A stretch of 61,292 bases of DNA from IMG/VR virus record IMGVR_UViG_3300023109_000009. One strand, written 5' to 3'. The translations under genes were made by a program, and so were the position numbers. Shown one piece after another: positions 21,401-28,921 of the stretch (its first letter is position 1; every line of letters starts with the position of its first letter). The DNA comes from an uncultured virus (IMG/VR IMGVR_UViG_3300023109_000009) (taxonomy: Duplodnaviria > Heunggongvirae > Uroviricota > Caudoviricetes). Below the pieces are notes generated by a model. It was not told the origin of the DNA. It made no database searches and saw only the letters and a list, made by a program, of their open reading frames with translations.

Positions 21401-22445
21401 CTTCTATAACAGAGTGTATGGTCAGGTTTATTATGATATTACTACCTCGACTTATCAAGGTGACTTTGGTGCTACTTCTAGGCTTAATCAGTTAACTGTA
21501 AACAGAATTAACTCACCATACGCTGGTTCTAACTCTAGTATAACAAGAGCTGCGTCGCCATACTCATTCGGATTCCAAGAATCTGGTGGTTGGAGCTTCC
21601 CCTATCCTGATTTGGTACTTCAGTATCACACTGGAATGGCATTTGCAGCTAACACAAGCTATAATGGTTTTAGATTCTACGCCGATTATAACTCAAGCAG
21701 TGTAACATTCCAAATTAATGGTGGTTCGGGTTATCATTACAAGTACAATTGGTTGTCGACAAACCGTGATAGTGGTATGTACAGCCCCGATAGCGACGGT
21801 AATGGTGCTCACATCTATCCTAACCGACAGACATCTTATGGTTCTTGGAATATTCTAGGTAATAGAAGTGGTTGGTATGGATTAGCATTTAGCCAACCAA
21901 CTTGGGATCCTCACCTGATGTTCGATGGTAATGGTTCTGGTGGTATCTATCTACAAGGTGGCGGCCGTTGGGTATACTACCATAACCGTGGTAATAACTG
22001 TACTGGCTTCGCTTCATCTGCAACACTTGCTGGATATCGTGTACGTATTAATGGTTCACTCTATTGTGACGGTAACGTGGTTGCTTACTCGGATGAGCGT
22101 GATAAAGAAAATATTGTTACAATTGATAATGCTCTCGAAAAAGTATTACAATTACGTGGTGTTTATTATAATAGAAAAACTAGAAAACGTCTAGTTGATG
22201 ACCGTGATGAAATTTACAAAGGGCGTCAACTTGGTTTAATTGCTCAAGAAGTTAAAGATATTGTTCCTGAGGTTGTATCTTATGCTGAAGAAGTTGACCA
22301 ATATGGACTTGATTATCCTAAGATGGTTGGTTTGCTTGTTGAAGGTATTAAGGATCAACAAGACATTATAAATAAGCAACAAGAAAAGGTTGACAAACTT
22401 GAAGAGTTGGTATATAATTTGATGAATAAAATGGAGAACCAGTAA
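12423..22445 (+). CDS. Giant long tail fibre with C-terminal intramolecular chaperone (peptidase S74-like)
   Basis: About 3340 aa (ATG 12423 after GGGAG; track start GTG 12414); many P.FYD..N..YY.DP..TS repeats; C-terminal YSDERDKENI...GLIAQEV...DYPKMVGLLVEGIK plus coiled coil. Confidence 0.85.
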   Translation: MANDKKFIAKNGLLTPQRAIIGSTTDNNTDALQVTGSSDLSGTLNVEQGSPGSPSINVVNNGVGGLVPAAVVAQFVGDSDSLQIVNTSGGGYQLNNSGQNNNIIFYNNNSGIAVQYGGADRLVISSTGNDLKGLSTSTIDGNRIITVLDQASQGGSFDSATLDGLDSLQFVRADESDTMDGSYIITGDLTVSGNTTFINTEQLLVADNIFTLNSDFTTGSPTENAGMEIRRGDSANSAFIWDESNDWFKLVSDGSDLGRIITTADEGPGNGFDADTVDGLHGWQFLRSDVDDTANGSITVLGTLTVGDDNGPAFLIFNGSGQDRTIYHSNGDIGFLNATSGWALKSNSSGDLEVERDVESGRDVTADRDIIAQDDITATTGNITATAGSVSAATTVTAGTDVIGQRFVDADDNTFLVNPADTSRVDTIDITGQIRHDGDTNTYLEFPAEDTFRIFTGGTQRVNIDNDSADFAQDVYAPNLFVNDAIIHNGDVDTKIVFATDDISLQTGGAERLGIDNAGVDVTGDIDVSGTATANIVIGTTEMRSPIYYDQDNDSYFGNFAGTSVMNDIGLDDYIVHNGDTNTYMGFPGADQITFVTGGTQRLYVTDSQVEASVDIYAPKFVDLDDPTYYADPNSTSIMSTININDWLQHIGNEDTRIGFPASDTINIQTDGFTRFVANNSQVTITTDLKVDGDIIGGGDGNFAGDVYASQFIDSDDNNYYADPNATSVMKTIGIDDYIIHNGDADTKIGFLQNDTLQMDAGGTTVFLAQSTAAEFYVDVYGEDAYFRTFYDNDDSAYYLNPADTTLALNVAGRARVANGTAATPAFSFINDTNTGMYRSAADQLSLSAGGNQELIIHTTFVEAPGSVRSPIFYDIPNTAYYGDFAATSQMSQIDIDSYIRHRGDTNTYMGFDANDSWGVWTNGVRRLTSNATAFTSGLEVRAPKFVDSDDNNYYVDPAATDTSATFGGKVLIGGITDPARWDDNSGNGGISLMNHGSYAAGQNTTIAMAGNYAGGYSLMYLNRIDPNPNPFNGGNRYIHFYADGSQGTNLSGDSSGNLYWLMLANTSQSYWTQAGGVIFTINDSGAVVVGGSSAVYSDGGDNTALTTTPSNPKLHVNGSIYLNGNNDGIIFGRGTASFLKDEELAFGWGSGWYMQDASYLRVRNNIDVYSSGNSYFGRYYDTNSPTHWIEPGGGGRLLGNFEFAAATTSTSYSTASIELRESNYTGNNTATPPQIGFHWGGVVASNIAIESSGRIVVRNNPGNDYEKFGASEIHGRKFLDIDNNNYYFEPAVSAAWRLQTPTGYLDIGSMNSSYTHFQTDRPDFYFNKPVAFDGNIRGYGGNETASFARYYDSNDPTFWADPHAESIFNTLRLYQKAAPINDWVALNIDNGDGTGDIDQPESWIAWNFRDGNANYTPQVRIGGRAGYNTGSADDLDKEGSGSFIVQTSIGTGGAGAGTIRDTFSVDYLGNSTSLTSSRAPIFYDWTNTNWYVNPDGDSRMNTITLDGNAVQLREPTGDFGSFMVDGGGRSGWEGFSIGGRVVFMHNNSTASGIYDDVNNQWMARFNLGTSVELSYSGTTEAETASGYFLANNEIRAPIFRDVTSPTTWFVDPSGTSRVNTLRTNRIYPAYDNSTSVYIDYPNGDYGSIAVQGSGKNGWQGYSIADRYVFMSSSANESGIYNDIDNQWMTIWRRSGSTELYFNGGVQAETENGYFLANNQMRAPIYYPPSTTTWFLDLDAGNTSNGLRIPAIIRRDNFQTSGDGNNNVLLDTQDYTHWIWRTASNWGIMWAGNDNPYRSYFSSSNPNELVFIGSGVLRASIDLDDGKAHFTGRLTAPDIAIATSTAGSISLNPAYGSGGADLVLFDFTQYSIAEITTPLKGNEANNIQAAEYVEVSNAPFAGKAIRTSGYRVFYSDYMPVVPGEDLYGEISHRVISGSGGRLYYGIERFDKDRRPIAGNTGTTYFVVGGNIFTNTGWQTQRNHTTIPTSHTPYSGSDGGGCYYVRIRILMNYSTGGALREFGGIMLKRRNVESNLLVDNIVANDILADDITANNVDAYRFRDRDSTGYYIEPANTSESIRTRARHLNGPNLTWGSYLQVGGNGREYVNNANVASVVTTNGNLHLDAASGRGMYLNYYDGSSIYFGTGGNASHSLWESNGDLYIGGGGAAAQGGFKLDVNGSTQVRGDLYANIFRDRSDPNNRYVDPASTSQIANLNVNLIKSFPSPDYGQLYFENGNQTYPSGRSQVVSLGLGIYSGYSTGGGRPFTYDVTASFNAGGKGFEIAADWINTNRTPLLVRSLRDCCQNWTPWTQIATSGVQFNTDAGIVAPWFADNANDFYRTDPASTSQIVNMNMRGTLNMEFGAQIHLRAPGTNNLRGYIQVRDTDDGHMRIATSGNEDIRFMDGGLDGQWNMIIRGDGNVLVNNYIDAVSFRDRNDPNYYGDFASTSLMNQVDVNRLRTRNSTGYFWDGDADLAMYVYGEIANSNYAAGNLQPGALNIGRTDRNYNWDGTSWSGSINAGMMANCLDDWEWVLHDSGRSVESVIQYTNTNGFRMGRSIGWGTTRVVHDGGTASTIYTDWTNTGFYLNPAENQTSEINGFSERTMAMINQPGHTRNNGEYYRARPRITGDTNYWTGAMGWGRQDMNVVATWGSGFIDSWSNPANQPSGTSHWVGTQAFHYRSSNTTGYGWQMVGGPIEGLRFRSSWPSWRSWRNVVIGGVNDGSAAGEIFAPKFTNTVNTGYFGNFDETSRMSTIDIDEGYNYGWWRNRTSGRGLYSQAHGIHFYSPGGAYWHMNSSNGLIIYDRYNSSQGNATGRRGYLYFDGSGFGLLHSGGGWAVRAISGTTEIYGNAYAGTLRANIIYDRDSGDGWFWNGGGTSRSNVTITNTSYFGTNTNRGYGENYGTYSSALRRISYISMNNGSSAWNSYNYHGIASSDVNNNFSDSISINSYNDITLRLDSNSNNTNSYLRIMDNTVGNATNVAYLGRENGNAVAYFYNRVYGQVYYDITTSTYQGDFGATSRLNQLTVNRINSPYAGSNSSITRAASPYSFGFQESGGWSFPYPDLVLQYHTGMAFAANTSYNGFRFYADYNSSSVTFQINGGSGYHYKYNWLSTNRDSGMYSPDSDGNGAHIYPNRQTSYGSWNILGNRSGWYGLAFSQPTWDPHLMFDGNGSGGIYLQGGGRWVYYHNRGNNCTGFASSATLAGYRVRINGSLYCDGNVVAYSDERDKENIVTIDNALEKVLQLRGVYYNRKTRKRLVDDRDEIYKGRQLGLIAQEVKDIVPEVVSYAEEVDQYGLDYPKMVGLLVEGIKDQQDIINKQQEKVDKLEELVYNLMNKMENQ

Positions 22446-22876
22446 TGGCACTAGTACAATCATATGAAATTCCCGGCACAGGATTATCGGCACCTAACGC
22501 ATATTTTGTGGTAACCGATGTTAAGGTTCAAAAAAGAATGCAAGATCATGCGCCCCCTCCGGATGAATCTGATCCCACAGGACTTACAAATGGTGGTGTA
22601 CAGGAAGGCCCAGAAGTCCATTGGAAGGCAGGATATGTAGCAACCGTAACAGTTACAATCTGGACTGATAAATCTGCAAGAGACAATGGTAAGAAACCAG
22701 TTGGTTGGGCCGGAACTAGTCCTACCGATATGGAGGCAGACTTAACCATCGGGACAGAAGGGTTGGATCATAAGTGTGTGTTTATGCTTGATATGGCTTC
22801 AGCAGAGAGCCACGTTGAGCAGGCATATGCGCATTTAAAGGCATTAGATTACTTTGCCGGCGCAACCGAAGATTAA
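22445..22876 (+). CDS. Tail fibre accessory protein (hypothetical)
   Basis: TAATG-coupled to the fibre gene; QAYAHLK C-terminal motif common after phage fibres. Confidence 0.55.
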   Translation: MALVQSYEIPGTGLSAPNAYFVVTDVKVQKRMQDHAPPPDESDPTGLTNGGVQEGPEVHWKAGYVATVTVTIWTDKSARDNGKKPVGWAGTSPTDMEADLTIGTEGLDHKCVFMLDMASAESHVEQAYAHLKALDYFAGATED

Positions 22877-22914
22877 TAAATAGATTAGTAAATTAAATTT
22901 TAGGAGAACAAATA

Positions 22915-23343
22915 ATGGCTTTAACATATACTTATTCCGTGACCGGTCTTAAGACTCGTGATCAAGTTAACAGTGAAGGTGTGACTCTGTCAGATGCAGT
23001 TGTTCAGACATATTGGAGAATGGAAGGAACCGATGAAAACGGCGAGACTGGAATTCACCAAGGTGCAACCCCCTTTACTGCTAAGGATGTGGTTTCTGGA
23101 TCTTTCGTGGGCTTTGATCAGTTGACAGAAGAAAATGTAATTCAATGGATTAAAGATTACATTGCGAGTGAACCATCATATGCTCAACACATTGAAGAGC
23201 AGATTCGTAAGGAAATTGATCAACGAGCAATTGTAGATGTGAAAACCTTGCCATGGGCTCCGGCAGAAGCAGTAACCCCTAACCCTGGTGTTGAGGCAGA
23301 TCCGATAGAAGATAGCAGCCCTTCAGAGCCCGGCCCTGAGTAA
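22915..23343 (+). CDS. Tail fibre accessory protein, paralog of 23358
   Basis: YTYSV...NSEGVTLSDAV...SFVGFDQLTEENVIQWI...LPW; AGGAG SD. Confidence 0.6.
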   Translation: MALTYTYSVTGLKTRDQVNSEGVTLSDAVVQTYWRMEGTDENGETGIHQGATPFTAKDVVSGSFVGFDQLTEENVIQWIKDYIASEPSYAQHIEEQIRKEIDQRAIVDVKTLPWAPAEAVTPNPGVEADPIEDSSPSEPGPE

Positions 23344-23357
23344 ATTGGAGTAAATTC

Positions 23358-23690
23358 ATGACTTATTCATGGGAAATTCTCGAGTTATATACTAAGGATG
23401 TGACTAATTCTGATGGTGTTGTGCTATCAGATGCTGTGAGCCAGATTATTTGGCGAAGAACTTTGACGGCTGAAAATGACCAAGACAGGTCGCACTACGT
23501 GAGTGCTACAGATGTAGATGCCTCTCAAATAAGTGAGTCAGATTTCGTGTCATATGACTCACTTTCACCAGAGGTTATTGTGGGCTGGATTGAGTCTAGA
23601 TTTACAGCTGCTGATACAGCCATGATAAATAAACTATTAGAGAGAGATTTGTCGGCTAGACCAGAACAGAAAAATCTTCCTTGGCTATAA
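23358..23690 (+). CDS. Tail fibre accessory protein, paralog of 22915
   Basis: YSWEI...NSDGVVLSDAV...DFVSYDSLSPEVIVGWI...LPW. Confidence 0.6.
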   Translation: MTYSWEILELYTKDVTNSDGVVLSDAVSQIIWRRTLTAENDQDRSHYVSATDVDASQISESDFVSYDSLSPEVIVGWIESRFTAADTAMINKLLERDLSARPEQKNLPWL

Positions 23691-23697
23691 AAAAAGA

Positions 23698-23726
23698 TTG
23701 ACATCTGCTTCTAGCAGTGTTATAAT
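23698..23726 (+). promoter_or_regulatory. Consensus sigma70 promoter
   Basis: TTGACA (23698-23703), 17-bp spacer, TATAAT (23721-23726). Confidence 0.85.
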
Positions 23727-23753
23727 ACAATATGTTTTTATTATGGAGTTATC

Positions 23754-24788
23754 ATGCATGACTTGCGAAAGCATGGACTGGTTTATTACGCCCTTCAACG
23801 GGGCGCTACCATCCATCCTATCATCTTACCGAAAGAGTTGACAGACGAAACAGGCATTATGAATCCGTCTATTTTTAATAGAAACGGAAAGCTCTTAATG
23901 AATATTCGTCATGTCAACTACACCCTTCACCACAGTGAGGGTCACAAATACCCTCATGTTTGGGGTCCTCTGCAATATATCCACCCAGAAAATGATATTA
24001 GTCTCGGTACTAATAATATTATGTGCGAGCTAGATGAAAATCTCAATCTAGTTGAGGTTTGCAAAGTCAAGATGAATTTTGACACCAAACCAACTTGGAA
24101 TTTTATCGGTTTAGAAGACGCACGACTTTTCGAATGGGAAGATAAGCTTTTCCTATGTGGAGTTCGTCGTGACTGTTATGACGATAAAGGTACTGGTCGA
24201 ATGGAATTGTGTGAAATCGATTTTGTCGATGGTATCTGGCAAGAGATGGGTCGCTATCCAATACCGGCACCACCACCGAATCTTTCATTCTGTGAAAAGA
24301 ACTGGATGCCCGTCTTAGATAAACCATATCATTTTGTCAAATGGACAAACCCGACTGAGATCGTTACATTTGACATCAATACAGGTGAGACTAAGCAAAT
24401 TGTGCATGATGGAAGTAAAAAATATAAAACGTTATGGCGTGATGTGAGAGGTGGGACACAGGTAGTTCAAATTGCACCAAATAGACGAATGGCGATTGTA
24501 CACGAAGTTGATTTGATGCGAGATGCACACAATAGAAAAGATGGTCAATATATGCATCGATGTATTGTATGGGATGATGACTGGAATATCATACACCACA
24601 CGGATTCTTTTACATTCCACGGTACACAGAGTGATTTCTCAAAAGGTAAGGAATACTGTATTGAATTTTGCACTGGTTTGTGCTTTCATGGTGATCATGC
24701 TTTGATCTCTTATGGTTTCCAAGACAATGGAGTCTATATCTTAAAAATGCATGTTCAAGATTTCTTCGACTTCTTGGCTAAGGGGTGA
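23754..24788 (+). CDS. Beta-propeller glycoside hydrolase/phosphorylase-like protein (GH130/GH43-like fold)
   Basis: MNPSIF, GLEDARLF, EKNWMP, RGGT and IEFCTGL...SYG motifs. Confidence 0.6.
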   Translation: MHDLRKHGLVYYALQRGATIHPIILPKELTDETGIMNPSIFNRNGKLLMNIRHVNYTLHHSEGHKYPHVWGPLQYIHPENDISLGTNNIMCELDENLNLVEVCKVKMNFDTKPTWNFIGLEDARLFEWEDKLFLCGVRRDCYDDKGTGRMELCEIDFVDGIWQEMGRYPIPAPPPNLSFCEKNWMPVLDKPYHFVKWTNPTEIVTFDINTGETKQIVHDGSKKYKTLWRDVRGGTQVVQIAPNRRMAIVHEVDLMRDAHNRKDGQYMHRCIVWDDDWNIIHHTDSFTFHGTQSDFSKGKEYCIEFCTGLCFHGDHALISYGFQDNGVYILKMHVQDFFDFLAKG

Positions 24789-24792
24789 TAAA

Positions 24793-26082
24793 ATGTTACA
24801 AGAATTAGTTACAATATTGGCTCATGACCCCAAGAATACACAAAAGATGTTCGCCGTGGCTAGAGAATATGATAGGCTTGAACAAGGAGCCGTGGCAATC
24901 TCTCATTATCTCAAGGCAGCAGATCTTGAAAATGACGACATTGATTTACAATATCGTTGTCTAATCTATATGGCCGAATGTTATCGTAGACAGAGAGACC
25001 GAAGAAATAGTGTGTTGATGTCTTGCCAACATGCAGTGATGCTTGATCCGACCAGACCTGAGGCATATTTCTTATTGGTTAGGCTCTTTCACGACTGGGG
25101 TGACTGGAGAAATATGGGAATCTATGCTGAGATCGGTCTTAGAATGACTCAGAAATCTGACGACCACATTACAGACATAGGCTATCCTGATAAATGGGTT
25201 TTCTATTTCTACAAGGCTCTTTCAAATTGGAAATGGAAAGGTGTTCAGGCCGGCAAAGAATTACTTTTTAATTTCAGATATAGAATTAAAAAGGGTCCTC
25301 ATTATGCACAAATGGCATTTAATCTTCAGTGGGACGAGGTTGGCCTTCCAGAACACATTCGATACACTAAGGCAGACTACAGAAGGTGTAAATTTACATT
25401 CCCCGGCTTAGAAGACATTGAGAATAACTATTCTGCACACTTTCAAGACCTCTTTGTTCTATCAGTATTAAAGGGTAAGAGTAAGGGAACGTATGTTGAA
25501 TTGGGCAGTGGTGATCCCTACGTAGGTAATAATACTGCTCTTCTGGAAGAACGATACGGATGGCGAGGATTATCAATTGACCGTGATAAGGTATTTGCCA
25601 AAGATTTTTCTGATGCTCGACGAAATACTGTTCTATGTGCGGATACCAAAACACTTGATTATTCTGAAGTCTTTAAGCAACATTGCATCGATGACCAAAT
25701 TGATTATCTTCAAATTGATGTAGACGAAGCGACACAAGATACACTTTTTAAAATTCCGTTCGACGAATATTCATTTGGTGTTATTACAATAGAACATGAT
25801 CATTATAGGTATCTTCAAAAGGACCCTGCGACAAGAGCGACACTACCCGATAAGAGAAAAATCACTCGTGAATTTCTCAAAGAAAAAGGTTATGTCTTAT
25901 TGGTGCCAGACATAGCACTAGGTCCCAGAAGCCCATACGAGGATTGGTGGGTACATCCTGAACTGGCAGAATTGAACGAACATATGAGGCCAGAAGATCC
26001 AACATCAGAAATTAATTTCGTTTGGGAATACTTTATGCGTAAAGATAATGAAATGCTTGATGATGTTGAGGAGTTTATTTAA
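24793..26082 (+). CDS. TPR-repeat plus FkbM-like SAM methyltransferase fusion
   Basis: N-terminal helical TPR-like region (DPTRPEAYFLL); C-terminal SAHFQDLFV...GTYVELGSGDP...NNTALLE...IDYLQIDVD...ITIEHD...EDWWV; likely ATG 24793. Confidence 0.7.
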   Translation: MLQELVTILAHDPKNTQKMFAVAREYDRLEQGAVAISHYLKAADLENDDIDLQYRCLIYMAECYRRQRDRRNSVLMSCQHAVMLDPTRPEAYFLLVRLFHDWGDWRNMGIYAEIGLRMTQKSDDHITDIGYPDKWVFYFYKALSNWKWKGVQAGKELLFNFRYRIKKGPHYAQMAFNLQWDEVGLPEHIRYTKADYRRCKFTFPGLEDIENNYSAHFQDLFVLSVLKGKSKGTYVELGSGDPYVGNNTALLEERYGWRGLSIDRDKVFAKDFSDARRNTVLCADTKTLDYSEVFKQHCIDDQIDYLQIDVDEATQDTLFKIPFDEYSFGVITIEHDHYRYLQKDPATRATLPDKRKITREFLKEKGYVLLVPDIALGPRSPYEDWWVHPELAELNEHMRPEDPTSEINFVWEYFMRKDNEMLDDVEEFI

Positions 26083-26864
26083 TGAAAAAAACCCAAAAAA
26101 TTGTAATTGCTACCGGTGGTTTTGACCCGGTTCATAGTGGTCACATACGATATTTGAATAGTGCAAAACTTTTGGGTGAAAAACTTGTCGTGGGTCTCAA
26201 TTCTGACTCTTGGCTACAAAGAAAAAAAGGCAAAGAATTCATGCCGATGGAAGAAAGATCGGCAATCGTCAGCAATCTAAAATGTGTGGACGATGTGATT
26301 ACCTTTGATGATTCCGACGATACTGCAATGGATGCAATAAAACAGGTCAGAAACCGATACCCAGATGCGCATCTAGTCTTTGCAAATGGTGGAGACCGAA
26401 ACTCAGGTAACATACCAGAGAGATCATTGAAAATCACTGGGTCGATTGAATTTTATTTTGGTGTTGGTGGAGAAGATAAGGCTAACTCTTCAAGCTGGAT
26501 ACTTTCGAGCTGGGGCGATTGGAAAGATGAAAAATGGCCACGGCATTGGGGACATTATCGAGTTCTTTATGAGGTTGATAGTAAAACAAAGGTGAAAGAG
26601 CTTACAGTCTATCCAGGCAGAAAATTAAGTTTACAAAAGCATTTTCATAGACACGAATACTGGATGTGTATTGAAGGTACGGCAACAGTCTACACTGGCT
26701 ATGAACCTTCCAATTTAAAACTAAAACAGTTAGATGCCCATGAAGAAATTACAATACCTCTCGGTTACTGGCATCGACTTGAAAATAATACAGATCAAAA
26801 CGTAAAAATCATAGAAATACAATACGGTACACAATGTGTTGAAAGTGACATCAGCCGGTTATAA
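26082..26864 (+). CDS. Cytidylyltransferase (RfaE/TagD-like) fused to a mannose-6-phosphate isomerase type II cupin
   Basis: TGGFDPVHSGH, GLNSD, FANGGDR, NSSS; then RHWGHY...LSLQKHFHRHEYW...WHRLEN...IEIQYG. Confidence 0.85.
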   Translation: MKKTQKIVIATGGFDPVHSGHIRYLNSAKLLGEKLVVGLNSDSWLQRKKGKEFMPMEERSAIVSNLKCVDDVITFDDSDDTAMDAIKQVRNRYPDAHLVFANGGDRNSGNIPERSLKITGSIEFYFGVGGEDKANSSSWILSSWGDWKDEKWPRHWGHYRVLYEVDSKTKVKELTVYPGRKLSLQKHFHRHEYWMCIEGTATVYTGYEPSNLKLKQLDAHEEITIPLGYWHRLENNTDQNVKIIEIQYGTQCVESDISRL

Positions 26865-26867
26865 ATA
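26860..26867 (+). promoter_or_regulatory. T4-type late promoter TATAAATA
   Basis: Exact motif upstream of cassette 1. Confidence 0.75.
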
Positions 26868-26876
26868 AAAAGAAAA

Positions 26877-26907
26877 GCTAATAGTCCAAGGAGACGAAGA
26901 TGGCAAT
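26877..26907 (+). repeat. 31-bp direct repeat copy 1 (leader + RBS + start of cassette 1)
   Basis: GCTAATAGTCCAAGGAGACGAAGATGGCAAT, identical to 29563-29593. Confidence 0.95.
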
Positions 26908-27850
26908 TCAAATCGGCGCAAACGACGTCATCGATGATGATCGTAAACTCGTCAATATTACCGGAGCCACCGGCAAATACGACAATTTCCAACCCAATGT
27001 AACCACAGGTACCTTACCCGGCTCTGGTTCTTATAGTCATCCGATGAGTACCCCTTTTACTTTACTTACCATGTCAAGAGCTGAGACCATTAGCATCACT
27101 GGTTCAGCATTGGGCAGATGTTCTATTATTCAGTTAGATACTAGCGCTTCATTGTATGCACCTAATTTTACCGTGGCAGCTTCAGGTGGTGAGGTTCAGT
27201 GGCAAGATGATGCCGTGCCAGACTGGGACTCTCGTAGGTTCTGGACGGTCGCACTTGTGGGTTGGTCTAGTTCGATCGTAAGAGCTACAGCGACCGGTTA
27301 TGATGTACAAGATCCGGGCACAAGTATACCTACCTCCGCTCCTTGGATCAAATTAAGTGGTACATCAAACTCTCCAAATTACGATAACAGTTTTGCAATA
27401 ACTGATAACTTTACAGATGTATCTGCTGGATGGAAATTTAAAACCGATGGAACATTAGAATGTACAATCCTAAACGGTCAGGCCTTCGGCCGTACTAGTA
27501 CTCCAGCTTGGGACGGTTCGGATGAATGGTATGATTCAACTGAGGCCGGTTCTGAAACTCCCGGCCAAGGATATTGGATTCGCGCATCAGAAACTTCAAG
27601 CGGACCGCAATCGAGCCTCGCCACAGGTAGTGCTCCATTAGATCAGTGGCTTCCATTAAAGAATGCTTCAGGTTCGGTAGACAGAACCTGGTCTATAACC
27701 AATAATCAGGTAGGATTGACCAATATCAAGTATTCATATTTAAAGATGGAAATTGCACTCGATGCGGCTGGCTCTAACATTGTTGCTACCGGATACTATT
27801 TTTCCGTTGCTCACCTTCAAGAAGAAGAAGGGCCACCGGTCTCACCATAA
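26900..27850 (+). CDS. Cassette 1 gene A: virion appendage protein (shared N-terminal domain + variable tip)
   Basis: MAIQIG..VIDDDR start; W..D..P.W...RFW...VRATATGY domain shared with 27861, 29586 and 29975. Confidence 0.6.
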   Translation: MAIQIGANDVIDDDRKLVNITGATGKYDNFQPNVTTGTLPGSGSYSHPMSTPFTLLTMSRAETISITGSALGRCSIIQLDTSASLYAPNFTVAASGGEVQWQDDAVPDWDSRRFWTVALVGWSSSIVRATATGYDVQDPGTSIPTSAPWIKLSGTSNSPNYDNSFAITDNFTDVSAGWKFKTDGTLECTILNGQAFGRTSTPAWDGSDEWYDSTEAGSETPGQGYWIRASETSSGPQSSLATGSAPLDQWLPLKNASGSVDRTWSITNNQVGLTNIKYSYLKMEIALDAAGSNIVATGYYFSVAHLQEEEGPPVSP

Positions 27851-27860
27851 GGTAATAACA

Positions 27861-28913
27861 ATGGCATATCAAATAGGAACAGATACAGTAGTCACTGATG
27901 GGAGAGCCTTAGATAATATAGCGGGCACATATTTTAATAACTCATATGACGACTTTTCTCCAAATGTAACAATGATGTCAGCAGATGATAATGTTGATTT
28001 CCGAAATCCAGTATCATATTATTTTATGACAGCAAACGATTCAATGTCGTTTACCAATTTAACGGATGGTGCAACCTGTGTGTTATTACTTGATACCGGA
28101 CCTGCTCCTCACTTTCCAAGCTTTTCTGCTGCTGGTGGTACTCTTTTTTGGGGAACCTCAGATGGTGGAACACCAGTTTGGGCAGATTATAGATATTGGC
28201 AACTTATTTTTACGGCGAGTGGTTCGACGATAAGAGCAGCAGCTGGTGGATTTACATTTACAGGATCATCAGCCCCTCCACAACCAACAGAATTTTTACA
28301 GCCTTCCTTTAGTATGCCTAGTCAGTTCTCTGGTAGATTTTATCAAAATGTTCGTGCAACCGCCTCGCCACAGGATCAATCAACGTGTAATTTATCAATA
28401 AGATTTACACATGAACCAGACGATGATAGAATTGCTGTGGTGTGTCGAGGTTCTAAGGACAGTGATCCAGCCGGTGGTAACTTTAATGAAACAGTTTATA
28501 TAAATTACAGTGGTTTTGATGATATTACTGCCATTAATGTTCGTTATAATATTCAAAATCAGGGTACGAATCAGGGTTCTGACACAACCTGGGCTTATCA
28601 TGCTGCAAATAATCCAACTACTCCCTTCGCAGCAAATACAGACCACTCGATCATATCGAGCTCGATGCTACTCAAATGGCTTGCGACTGGTCGCACGGGA
28701 GACGAAGGGACCGCTACACCGGAAATAAACTCATATTCATATGCCAATTTTGCAGCTACTAACGGCCTTGTAGTTTCAGTCAGAAATGCCGGTGTTTGGT
28801 ATACCTCCACGTGTGATGATCTTGGTTATGCCGCGGGCGGTACTGCAAATAGTGACTGGGATACATCTCACATTTACCAGGCTGCCGGTGGCGGTACATT
28901 CGCTTTAGATTAG
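27861..28913 (+). CDS. Cassette 1 gene B: virion appendage protein
   Basis: Likely ATG 27861 (MAYQIGTDTVVTDGR); shared domain ending RYW...IRAAAGGF; C-terminal domain similar to the end of 31484. Confidence 0.6.
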   Translation: MAYQIGTDTVVTDGRALDNIAGTYFNNSYDDFSPNVTMMSADDNVDFRNPVSYYFMTANDSMSFTNLTDGATCVLLLDTGPAPHFPSFSAAGGTLFWGTSDGGTPVWADYRYWQLIFTASGSTIRAAAGGFTFTGSSAPPQPTEFLQPSFSMPSQFSGRFYQNVRATASPQDQSTCNLSIRFTHEPDDDRIAVVCRGSKDSDPAGGNFNETVYINYSGFDDITAINVRYNIQNQGTNQGSDTTWAYHAANNPTTPFAANTDHSIISSSMLLKWLATGRTGDEGTATPEINSYSYANFAATNGLVVSVRNAGVWYTSTCDDLGYAAGGTANSDWDTSHIYQAAGGGTFALD

Positions 28914-28921
28914 GAACTCAT

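Noticed and set aside
27753..27860. Programmed frameshift fusing 26900 to the 27753 frame
   Set aside because: No slippery site noticed; ATG 27861 has its own AAGG SD and a paralogous N-terminus
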